Assembly: GCA_964372815.1 (NCBI GenBank) | Contig: CAYJSG010000001.1 | Location: 1-44,267, forward strand | Reading direction: 5' to 3' | Length of the DNA stretch: 44,267 bases | DNA from: Candidatus Woesearchaeota archaeon | Lineage (GTDB): Archaea > Nanobdellota > Nanobdellia > Pacearchaeales > GW2011-AR1 | Shown: positions 1 through 8,530 of the stretch, piece by piece | How positions within the stretch are numbered: position 1 is the first letter of the stretch | How the letters are laid out: each line of letters begins with the position of its first letter | Program-made: the position numbers and the translations under genes | The notes under the pieces: generated by a model | Seen by the model: the letters and a program-made list of their open reading frames with translations, nothing else | The model's database searches: none | Told to the model about the DNA's origin: nothing

Positions 1-17
1 CATCCACAACCTAATTG

Positions 18-563
18 CTATTCAGGATGTGGACTTCTTGGCGACGAAGTTAAAACCCGGATATTATTTTTTTCAGCTTCTAATCTTAAATTATCTGAAA
101 ATCCCCTTAAACCACATTTACTTGCTCTATAAATAGAACCCCTTTCTTTATTTTCAAGTCCTGAAATTGAATTTATATTAATTATTGTGCCTTTTCCTTT
201 TTCTAAAAAATGTATATATATCCTTTTTGTTAGTTTAATTAAAGAGACTAGATTTGTTATAAACACATCTTCTATATAGCTATCTTCTGCCTTTTCTAAA
301 GCAGATTTTTCTCCTAATCCAGCATTATTAATTAAAATTGAGATATCCTCTTTTTTTGCTATTTCTGCTAATTTATCTAAAGTTGTATTTGATTTTAAAT
401 CTCCAATTACTATTTTGCAATCAACTCCTTTTTGCATTATTTCTTTTTTAGTGGCTTCTAGAGCTTGTGTATCTCTTCCGTGTATAATTAAATTATATCC
501 TTGTTGTGCAAATTTCAATGCTAGCTCTTTACCTAAACCTTTGCTTGAACCTGTTATAAGCAC
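18..563 (-). CDS. Short-chain dehydrogenase/reductase (SDR), possibly truncated or decaying paralog of 11718..12407
   Basis: N-terminal TGSSKGLG Rossmann motif, NNAG, and S...YRASK catalytic motif. Roughly half the residues match the 11718 SDR by eye. It starts at GTG just after an ATG-AAA-GAA-TAA, and ends about 45 aa earlier than the paralog. Confidence 0.6.
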   Translation of the reverse strand: MLITGSSKGLGKELALKFAQQGYNLIIHGRDTQALEATKKEIMQKGVDCKIVIGDLKSNTTLDKLAEIAKKEDISILINNAGLGEKSALEKAEDSYIEDVFITNLVSLIKLTKRIYIHFLEKGKGTIININSISGLENKERGSIYRASKCGLRGFSDNLRLEAEKNNIRVLTSSPRSPHPE

Positions 564-576
564 TTATTCTTTCATT

Positions 577-1566
577 TTAGACAAATTTTTTTTCTATGAA
601 AACGTTATATCTTTTATCTATAATACTCTTATTTTCTTTATACCATTTCATTACTTCTTTAATACCTTGCTCTAATTTAATTTGAGGTTCAAACCCTATT
701 GATTTTGCTCTTGATATATCCATTAATCTTTTCTTATCTCCTGACGGTTTTGAGCTATCCCAAACTATTTGTGGCTTGTTTTCCATATTATTGACAATGA
801 TATCGACTATTTCTTTTATAGTATATCCTTTTCCACTTCCAAGGTTTACTGGCTTATCTATGCCGCTTTCCATTACTTTTAGCATTCCAAGAGCAACATC
901 TTTTGCGTAAATAAAATCCCTTATCGGAGTTCCATCTCCCCATACAACTAAAGGATTTTCTCCTTCGAGAGCTCTTCTAATCAATGATGGAATTACCATC
1001 GCATTATTTGTATCGAAATTGTCATAGGGGCCGTAAACATTTGCTGGCCTTACAATAAAGACATCACTCCATTGATATTCTATTTTGTAAGCCTCTGCCT
1101 GCAACTCTCCTATTCTTTTTGCCCAGCCTGCAAACTTATCATTTTCTGAAGGAAATGTCCTCCAGACATCATCTTCGTGAAATATTTCTGCAGGCGCGTA
1201 AACTCCTACTGTTGATGTATAAAGATATTTTTTAACATTGGATTGTCTTGCTGCTTCCATCATGTTTGTATTAAAGCTTATGGTTGGAACAAAGAAACTG
1301 GCAGGTTTTTTTGCAGTCATCGCTGGGGAGCCTTTTATTCCTGCGAGATGAAATACATAATCCATCCCTTCACATGCTTTTAAACAATTTTCAAATATCA
1401 TTAAATTTAGATGCATGAATTCTGTTCCTTGAATAGCTCTTGAAGGATCATCTAAAGAAGCAATTCTAACTTTTGCGCCTTCTTTTATTAGAAGTTCAAC
1501 TAATTGCCTGCCTATCATTCCTGTTCCGCCTGTTACAAGAATTTTCCTGTCTTTGTAAATGCTCAT
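577..1566 (-). CDS. NAD-dependent sugar epimerase/reductase (GDP-L-fucose synthase-like extended SDR)
   Basis: ILVTGGTGMIGRQL glycine-rich loop, extended-SDR length and a YxxxK-type region (WAKRIGE). It lies downstream of a Gmd-like gene. Confidence 0.7.
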   Translation of the reverse strand: MSIYKDRKILVTGGTGMIGRQLVELLIKEGAKVRIASLDDPSRAIQGTEFMHLNLMIFENCLKACEGMDYVFHLAGIKGSPAMTAKKPASFFVPTISFNTNMMEAARQSNVKKYLYTSTVGVYAPAEIFHEDDVWRTFPSENDKFAGWAKRIGELQAEAYKIEYQWSDVFIVRPANVYGPYDNFDTNNAMVIPSLIRRALEGENPLVVWGDGTPIRDFIYAKDVALGMLKVMESGIDKPVNLGSGKGYTIKEIVDIIVNNMENKPQIVWDSSKPSGDKKRLMDISRAKSIGFEPQIKLEQGIKEVMKWYKENKSIIDKRYNVFIEKKFV

Positions 1567-1590
1567 CTTTCATTTTATATTTAATATTGC

Positions 1591-2382
1591 CTATATATTT
1601 CTATCCAAATGGACATAACCTCCATCTGGGAATATTAATTGCCCTGTTGTATGGCTTGATAGATTATTAGATGCAATAAAAACTATAACGTTTGCAACTT
1701 CTCTAGGAGTTGTAGGCCTTTTACCAAATGGGACTCTTGCTCCTAGTATAATCCTTCCTTCTTCGGGGTTTTCATAATTTTTTTCTATATATCTTTGGTA
1801 AGATTCGGTATTTACTTCTGCGGGAATTATGCAATTAACCCTTATTCCTAGCTTTTCATTTGCTGATTTTGTCGCTAATTCACGAGTAAGTCCTATTAGA
1901 CCCGCCTTTGCTACTGCATATGCTGTTGTTTTTCCTTCTCCAACAAGAGATACTTTTGATCCTACAAAAACAATATTTCCTTGTGTTTCTTTTAAGTGAG
2001 GCCAGACATAGTAAGTCATAGAATAATGAAGAGTAAGATTTCTATCTAGAGCTCCTCTGAATTCTGCTGGAGATGTTGTGTCAATATCACAAAAGTCATT
2101 GCCACCTGCATTGTTGATTAAGGCATCTATTTTTTTATATTTATCTATAGTTAAATCAATTACTTTTCTGCACAAGTTGTCATCAGTAAGATTATAAGGA
2201 AGAAGAAGATATTCTTTTTTTTGAAATGTGAGGATGTCACTAAACTCCCTGCCTCTTTTTTCGTCTTTATCCACTATAATCGGAATTGCACTTTCTTCAA
2301 CTAGTACTTCAATTGTTGCTTTGCCTATTCCTGATGCTCCCCCTGTTACGATAACAATTTTATTTTTAAGATTAGTGTCCAT
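1591..2382 (-). CDS. Classical SDR oxidoreductase
   Basis: VTGGASGIGKA, NNAG and YAVAKAG motifs, 263 aa. Confidence 0.75.
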   Translation of the reverse strand: MDTNLKNKIVIVTGGASGIGKATIEVLVEESAIPIIVDKDEKRGREFSDILTFQKKEYLLLPYNLTDDNLCRKVIDLTIDKYKKIDALINNAGGNDFCDIDTTSPAEFRGALDRNLTLHYSMTYYVWPHLKETQGNIVFVGSKVSLVGEGKTTAYAVAKAGLIGLTRELATKSANEKLGIRVNCIIPAEVNTESYQRYIEKNYENPEEGRIILGARVPFGKRPTTPREVANVIVFIASNNLSSHTTGQLIFPDGGYVHLDRNI

Positions 2383-3379
2383 GTTCTTTTAAGTTTATTT
2401 CTCTTTCTACTTCTTTTCTGCAATGTTCAAGAAGATATTTAACACTTTCTTCAAATGAATATTTTGGTTTCCAGCCTGTTTCTTTTTCGAATTTTGATGT
2501 ATCTGGAATCTGCAAGGTTACGTCTGTTGGCCTTAAAAGCGCCGGGTCAACACTTGACTTTATTGGAACTTTCGCTAATTTTTTTAGAATATCTAAAAAT
2601 TCTCCTACTTTTATAACTGTTGTTCCTCCCATGTTATAAACTTCTCCTGAAATGCCATAAGTTGCTGCATACCAATAAGCTGACATTGCGTCTCTTACAT
2701 CAATCAATGTTCTTGTTGAATCTAGATTTCCATGCAATAATTCTTTCTGGAGACCTGCTTCTATTCTTGCAACCTGCATTGCAAAGGATGTTGCGAACAA
2801 ATCTGTTCTTCTAGGATTTAGATAAGCAAACATTCTTGTTCTTATTATTTGCATATTATAACTTTTGAAGTATGTATAACCTAAAGCATCTTGAGCTAGT
2901 TTTGATACTGCATAGGGGTTTACTGGATTTATTGGGCAATCTTCTGTTATTGGAACATTCTTTGGATCTACCTGACCATAAACTTCTGAAGAAGAGCATA
3001 TTAAAATAACTGGAGCTAGTTTTGATAGCCTAACTGCTTCTAGCAAATTTGCTGTTCCCATAACATTATTTTGTATAACTGCCAGAGGTGTTATGAAAGC
3101 TGCTCTGACATTCGCGTACGCTGCTAAATGGAATATTACATCTGGTTTTGCTTTTTCTAAAGTTGTTAGAATAGAACTGAAATCATTTAAATCGCATTCG
3201 TGAACTGTTATCTTATCCCTTATATTCTCTAAATTTTTATTAGAAGAAGTGCTGTGCCATCTTGCTATACCATGAACTTCAACCTCTTGATGAGCATTAA
3301 TAATATATTCTGCTAAATAACTGCCGCCACTTCCTGTAATTCCAGTTATTAAAGCTCTTTTTATTTGTCTTTGTTCCAT
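2372..3379 (-). CDS. GDP-mannose 4,6-dehydratase family enzyme (Gmd/Rmd-like)
   Basis: ALITGITGSGGSYLAEYI closely resembles the Gmd N-terminus. Also has SSSEVYG and YAVSKL catalytic motifs. Confidence 0.7.
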   Translation of the reverse strand: MEQRQIKRALITGITGSGGSYLAEYIINAHQEVEVHGIARWHSTSSNKNLENIRDKITVHECDLNDFSSILTTLEKAKPDVIFHLAAYANVRAAFITPLAVIQNNVMGTANLLEAVRLSKLAPVILICSSSEVYGQVDPKNVPITEDCPINPVNPYAVSKLAQDALGYTYFKSYNMQIIRTRMFAYLNPRRTDLFATSFAMQVARIEAGLQKELLHGNLDSTRTLIDVRDAMSAYWYAATYGISGEVYNMGGTTVIKVGEFLDILKKLAKVPIKSSVDPALLRPTDVTLQIPDTSKFEKETGWKPKYSFEESVKYLLEHCRKEVEREINLKEHGH

Positions 3380-3403
3380 TTTTATAATGAAGTTAGAGCA
3401 TTT

Positions 3404-4159
3404 TTAAAGATTTATGTTGTAAAGTTTTTTCCAATGAGAGTCTATAGCACCAACAAGGCTTGTTAATTGCTCGATTCTTTTCTTAAAGAAATTTAAATCT
3501 TTTTCCTCTAATCTTGTTTGTTCAACAGGATGTTGATAATTTATTTCTATGCTTGTAACTTTTTTCTTATCATATATTGCATTTATAACTGGAATCAGTA
3601 AAATTTCCCATTTATCGCCATATTCTCCATTATAATTTAAAAAGTAAGAACATGACTCTCTTCTGAATGCTCTAACTCCTATCCACATATCCAAATCTGT
3701 GCCTGTTAATTGTTTCCAAAATAAATTTCCTAATGATTCTGCATATTGCTGTTCTAGGGGATATGATGATAAGGATTTTCTTTTAGGAATCACAATGTCT
3801 GCTTTATTTTCTATTATTGGTTTTATTATCTTGCTTATCTCCTTGATAATTGATCTTTTTTCTGGCTCTGTCCAGATAATTATCTCTTTTTTTGAATTAT
3901 ATGCCTCTTGAAAAGCTTGTCTTCTAGAATTACCTATTCCTCGTTTTATTTGTTTTGATACCTTTACTCCAATTTTCTCAAATTCTCCAATTAATTCTTG
4001 AGAAGATCCGCCATCTACTGCAATTATTTGATAACCTAATCTTATTGCAGTTTCAAATGTTCTTTTTGCTATTCCTGCTCTTAGCTTATCTGATTCTGAT
4101 GAGGAATTATAGAAAGTTGTTGTTGCTATTATTATTTTTTCTCCAAGATTAGATTGCAT
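3404..4159 (-). CDS. Hypothetical protein, possibly a GT-A-fold nucleotide-sugar transferase-like protein
   Basis: Long ORF in an operon with sugar genes. Has an alternating beta-alpha pattern (IIIATTTF...IIAVDGGS...WTEPEK). No canonical DxD motif recognised. Confidence 0.35.
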   Translation of the reverse strand: MQSNLGEKIIIATTTFYNSSSESDKLRAGIAKRTFETAIRLGYQIIAVDGGSSQELIGEFEKIGVKVSKQIKRGIGNSRRQAFQEAYNSKKEIIIWTEPEKRSIIKEISKIIKPIIENKADIVIPKRKSLSSYPLEQQYAESLGNLFWKQLTGTDLDMWIGVRAFRRESCSYFLNYNGEYGDKWEILLIPVINAIYDKKKVTSIEINYQHPVEQTRLEEKDLNFFKKRIEQLTSLVGAIDSHWKKLYNINL

Positions 4160-4199
4160 AATTGATCTTGGACTTAACTGTTAATAAATATTTTGGATT

Positions 4200-5240
4200 T
4201 TACTTAACTAATACTGCTTCGGGAAGTAAAGAGCTTCCTTCTAGTTTTGTTTTTTCTTTCCATAGTTCAATTTCCAGTTTTTTACCTTTATAGCCTTGAA
4301 TTTGCAATGCATCAAGACATGCTGTAAGCATGTCTTCTGGAGCAAATACGTGGGGAGAGGTTACAGGAGTCTTATCTGGACCGAGATAAGGAGGATTATA
4401 TGATGGTGTATAAATCCTTATATCATCTGTAATTCTTGTTTGAAAAACTCTCGGATTTTCTAAAATAGTGCCAAATTGTTTATTAGATACTTCTTCTTTA
4501 CTAAGGACATAGGATTCTCTATTAAAATGAACAAATCTGCCGTCTTTTATCATGCCTTCTGCATCTATTGGAAAAACTTCTTCTACTGATAGAGGTAATT
4601 TTCTTATTTGCAATGCTGTTAAAGAAGTTGAGGATTCCCATAGTAAATCAAGAAAAGCTTTTGCTGTAAATATATGTTCTCCATCTTCATAATAAACTTC
4701 CAGTTTATCTGAAGGATCTAAAGTCTCTACTTTGACAGTAAGATAATCTAAATCTAAACCAAGCATTTTTGCTGACTCTAAAGTGTAATCTCTGGAATCT
4801 TCTGGAACAATCAATTTAGGAGTTCTATCTCTTGTTATTAGTAAACATTCTTCTGCTGTTTCTCTTAATGCTGTTTGTATTAAACCTGATTCTGTATAAA
4901 CGAATTCTAAAGAATTTGTAAAGCCACCATAAGCGCTGTGGTATAAAGAATGGGTTGGAGCTCCTCTATCCCTTCTATGAACTATGAAATTCCCGTCGCT
5001 TAATAGGTATAAAGAGCCTGCGGCAGCAGGTTTTATTGGATTGTTTTGGTCTGCTATTTTAGCATAACTGTCTCCTAGAAGTTTCTCTAATGTTCTTACA
5101 CCGAATGGTAAATTTTCTGGAAGCCTTCTTTCTATTGGCTCTGGCTTTCTTGGATAGTATAATTTTACAGTTAAAGAATTGCCTTCCTTAAATGCTTCTG
5201 CATTGTAAACTTTAAAATGAGTTATCCCTTGCTCTTCCAT
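4200..5240 (-). CDS. Hypothetical protein with a degenerate Nudix-like box
   Basis: ESGLIQTALRETAEECLLI approximates the REx2EE core of the Nudix box. The rest of the 346 aa is unrecognised. Confidence 0.35.
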   Translation of the reverse strand: MEEQGITHFKVYNAEAFKEGNSLTVKLYYPRKPEPIERRLPENLPFGVRTLEKLLGDSYAKIADQNNPIKPAAAGSLYLLSDGNFIVHRRDRGAPTHSLYHSAYGGFTNSLEFVYTESGLIQTALRETAEECLLITRDRTPKLIVPEDSRDYTLESAKMLGLDLDYLTVKVETLDPSDKLEVYYEDGEHIFTAKAFLDLLWESSTSLTALQIRKLPLSVEEVFPIDAEGMIKDGRFVHFNRESYVLSKEEVSNKQFGTILENPRVFQTRITDDIRIYTPSYNPPYLGPDKTPVTSPHVFAPEDMLTACLDALQIQGYKGKKLEIELWKEKTKLEGSSLLPEAVLVK

Positions 5241-5300
5241 AAAACCCTTATTTTAGAAGAGTTTATAAAGATTGTTAAAGTCAAAAACATAAGAGGTTAT

Positions 5301-5444
5301 ATGGCACATTATATTTGTACAGGAGGATGCAAGGGCGTTTCTGACAGAGCAATAAATTGCCAAGATAAAAAATGCCCAATGTATAATAAGCCTCTGGAAG
5401 AATGTGACTGTGAAGACGGGGAGCATTACAACGAATTTGAGTAA
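5301..5444 (+). CDS. Small cysteine-rich (6 Cys) putative metal-binding protein, 47 aa
   Basis: ATG at 5301 preceded by AAGAGGT at 5291-5297. Sequence MAHYICTGGCKGVSDRAINCQDKKCPMYNKPLEECDCEDGEHYNEFE has CxxxC...C....C...CxC spacing. The longer track ORF from 5217 overlaps the divergent gene start. Confidence 0.45.
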   Translation: MAHYICTGGCKGVSDRAINCQDKKCPMYNKPLEECDCEDGEHYNEFE

Positions 5445-5484
5445 ATAGACAAATATTTTTAAGCTTGGTTTTATAGATTTTTTT

Positions 5485-7200
5485 ATGATAGTTAAAAAAA
5501 GAAAAGAATTAAATTTGGAAGAGACAAAGAAAATTTTGAAAGATAAAAAGCTTCTTTTTGCGATGTGGGATTGTGAGAACAAGACTGCCTGGCCATATCA
5601 AAGCGGTTATCTACCAATAAAAGACTTTTTTAAAGATGTTATTTTATTTGATCCAAGAAAAAAAAGATTTGAATATGGTGGAGAAAGGATGAGAAAGATG
5701 TTTTTAGATATTGTAGAGCAGGAAAAGCCAGATTATATATTGTGTATGGTGGGCTCTGATGAGATTAATATTGACATAATAGAAGAAATAAATAAAATCT
5801 CGCCTAAAACTAAAATTATTTCCCATTTTGGAGATGATGATATTGACTTTGATATCTTCTCCAGATTTTACATCTTATTTGTGGATTATGGACTTGTTTT
5901 TGAGAAACATTATTTGCCTGCTTATGAAAAAGACGGAATAAAAAACAGGACTTCTTTTGTAGGCGGAGCTAATCTAAAATTATTTAAGCCCTTGAAATTA
6001 AAAAAAGAATATGATGTTAGTTTTATCGGTGCGCCTTTACCTTCAAGGATTAAATTAATGAGATTTTTATTAGATAAAGGTACAAAAATAGAATTATGGG
6101 GGAAAGGATGGGATAAATATCCTGAATTTAAGGATATTTATCATGGGCCGGCATCAGACGATGAATATGTTAGGATTGTTAATCGAAGTAAGATTAATTT
6201 GAGTTTTAGCAGGAATAAATATGGAGAACTGCATTTAAAAGGAAGGCCTTTTGAGATTGGTGCATGTAAATCTTTTCAATTAGTTGATTATTATCCTGAA
6301 TATTTTAGTTTTTTTAAAGAAAATAAAGAAATAGTGATGTTTAAAGATAATAATGATTTGTTAAGGAAAATCGAATATTACTTTAAAAGTGAAAGAGAAA
6401 GAGAGAAGATTGCAGAAAATATGTATAAAAAAGTTATTAAAAATTATGACTTGGCTTTAAAGTATTTGGAATTGTTTAAGCGGACTTTAGAATATGACAT
6501 AATTGATAGAAAGCTGCCCGAACAAAAGAAAAAAATAATTGAGATTAAAAAAGATGAGCTTTCTGATATAGAAAGTTTAAAAAATAAAGTTGAAGATTAT
6601 GATTATGTTAGTTTTAGCGATGGAAATTGCATAAAACACAGATATAAGGAATATTTGCAGATTTATGCTATGGAAAAAACAGAAAAGGTGATAAGTTGTT
6701 GTAGTTATTATTTATGTTCTAGACTGTTGGGAAATTATATGTCATTTAGAGTTTTTCCTGCCTGGAAAAATCTTGAAAGAGAGCAATTTTATGGCTTATT
6801 AAATATAAATCAAATAGCTGTTTCTAAAGAATATTTTATTAGAAATATTGATAAATTTAAAGATATATTTAGTGGGAAAATAATTGATTTTATTAATGAG
6901 AAAAATACTGCTTTTATTGCTATTCCGCTTGTGCAAATTAAGAGCAATAGAAATATAAAAAATGCTATTAAAAAAATAGGAGTTGAAAATATAAAAAAAG
7001 CTTTTCAATTAGGTTTTGCAGTTAAACTTTATTCTTTGGCAAAACAAAAAAAAGTGTTTTCTAGCTTTTATTCTTATAAACTTGGAATATGGGCTTTATT
7101 TAGTTGGAATATTTTTCTATTGAAATATTTATTTAAATTTGTTCGCGATAAAGAGAATTTAAATAAATTGAAGAATTATACATTACAATTATTCATATGA
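5485..7200 (+). CDS. CgeB-like / GT-B-type glycosyltransferase family protein with an extra C-terminal domain
   Basis: The central segment KINLSFSRNKYGELHLKGRPFEIGACKSFQLVDYY...EKIAENMYKKVIKNY resembles the CgeB/DUF3880-type glycosyltransferase C-terminus. Confidence 0.5.
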   Translation: MIVKKRKELNLEETKKILKDKKLLFAMWDCENKTAWPYQSGYLPIKDFFKDVILFDPRKKRFEYGGERMRKMFLDIVEQEKPDYILCMVGSDEINIDIIEEINKISPKTKIISHFGDDDIDFDIFSRFYILFVDYGLVFEKHYLPAYEKDGIKNRTSFVGGANLKLFKPLKLKKEYDVSFIGAPLPSRIKLMRFLLDKGTKIELWGKGWDKYPEFKDIYHGPASDDEYVRIVNRSKINLSFSRNKYGELHLKGRPFEIGACKSFQLVDYYPEYFSFFKENKEIVMFKDNNDLLRKIEYYFKSEREREKIAENMYKKVIKNYDLALKYLELFKRTLEYDIIDRKLPEQKKKIIEIKKDELSDIESLKNKVEDYDYVSFSDGNCIKHRYKEYLQIYAMEKTEKVISCCSYYLCSRLLGNYMSFRVFPAWKNLEREQFYGLLNINQIAVSKEYFIRNIDKFKDIFSGKIIDFINEKNTAFIAIPLVQIKSNRNIKNAIKKIGVENIKKAFQLGFAVKLYSLAKQKKVFSSFYSYKLGIWALFSWNIFLLKYLFKFVRDKENLNKLKNYTLQLFI

Positions 7201-8039
7201 TTCTTTAATCTGTGCTCTTCTTCTTTATCTGGATTTAGAAGATAAGACTCTTTTTCTGATGGGTATTCTCCGGATTTTACTGCTTTTATATAAGAAGATA
7301 TCCCTTTTCTTATTTCATCTTCTGTCTTGCTAAAATTTCGTACGAACTTAGCTTTAAATCTGCTTAGACCTATTACATCATGCATAATTGCAAGAATGCC
7401 ATCAATTTTACTGCCTGCGCCGATTCCATAAATTGGAATACTTAATTTTTCTGAAATAAGTCGTGCAGGATATTCTGGAATTGCTTCTAATAATATTGCA
7501 AATGTTCCTGCGTCCTGTAAAGAAAGAGCATCTTGCAATACATTTTTATAGTCTTCAATTGTTTTGCATCTTACCTTGCCTTCTAAATTTGTTGATTGGG
7601 GGGTATAACCTATATGGCCCATTATAGCTATGCCTGCTTCGTATATTGCTTTTACTCTTTCTGCCATCCTTATTCCTCCCTCTAATTTTACAGCATCCAT
7701 GTCTGCTTCTTTAATGAATCTGCCGGCATTATTGACTGCTGATTCACTAGAAATTTGATATGATAAAAATGGCATATCTCCAATGACAAAAGTATTTGGA
7801 GAACCTCTTCTTACTGCTTTTGCAAAAACTAGCATTTCTTCCATTGTTACAGGATTAGTAGATTCGTAGCCGAGAACATTATTTGCAACAGAATCTCCAA
7901 CAAGAATTAAGTCTACGCCTGATTCTTCTGCTAATCTTGCTGTTGGAAAATCGTATGCTGTTATAAAACTAATTTTTTCTTTATTTAATTTTTTGTTTTT
8001 AATATCTCTTAGATTAAGTTTTGCCATGATAAAATCCAA
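7176..8039 (-). CDS. panB: 3-methyl-2-oxobutanoate hydroxymethyltransferase family (PanB)
   Basis: ITAYDFPTA...LILVGDSVANNVLGYESTNPVT...VIGDMPFLSYQ...AVKLEGG...GHIGYTPQS are canonical PanB blocks. The start may be the MAKL ATG at 8027. Confidence 0.85.
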   Translation of the reverse strand: MDFIMAKLNLRDIKNKKLNKEKISFITAYDFPTARLAEESGVDLILVGDSVANNVLGYESTNPVTMEEMLVFAKAVRRGSPNTFVIGDMPFLSYQISSESAVNNAGRFIKEADMDAVKLEGGIRMAERVKAIYEAGIAIMGHIGYTPQSTNLEGKVRCKTIEDYKNVLQDALSLQDAGTFAILLEAIPEYPARLISEKLSIPIYGIGAGSKIDGILAIMHDVIGLSRFKAKFVRNFSKTEDEIRKGISSYIKAVKSGEYPSEKESYLLNPDKEEEHRLKNHMNNCNV

Positions 8040-8439
8040 TTTTTTTAAGATGGGTGATATAATCAGTTATTATTGGTAAATAATCAGAAAGATGTGATGA
8101 TCTTATTGCTTCTATAATCTCTTTTTCTCCTTTATAAAAGCTGGAATCTTCTCTTGAGAAACCTGATAAATCTGTTCTTACCGGATAAATGTTGCCCCAA
8201 TTATTTTTATCCCAAGGTAATTTTTGTGTTCCATGTATTATTGGCACTATCCCATAAAGTTTTGGTTTTATCTCTATGCCCTCTTTAAAAGAAAAGGCAT
8301 CATGAAAAAAATCGTTAACGAAAGTTCTATCGAATATTCCTAATGCAGAGCGATCATAAGAATTTATAGATGTATTTAAAAGTAGAATCAAATCTCCTTC
8401 TCGTGGATTCAAGTCTTTTAGATCTTTTGTTTCTTGCAT
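8014..8439 (-). CDS. Hypothetical protein (141 aa), co-transcribed upstream of panB
   Basis: Long ORF that overlaps the panB start. No recognisable motif. Confidence 0.4.
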   Translation of the reverse strand: MQETKDLKDLNPREGDLILLLNTSINSYDRSALGIFDRTFVNDFFHDAFSFKEGIEIKPKLYGIVPIIHGTQKLPWDKNNWGNIYPVRTDLSGFSREDSSFYKGEKEIIEAIRSSHLSDYLPIITDYITHLKKIGFYHGKT

Positions 8440-8530
8440 AGGACTAACTTTAAAATATGGTATTTAAGCTTTATGGAATTTTGATATATAATTGCACAAA
8501 GTTTTTATACTGAATTTTTAGATTATTATT

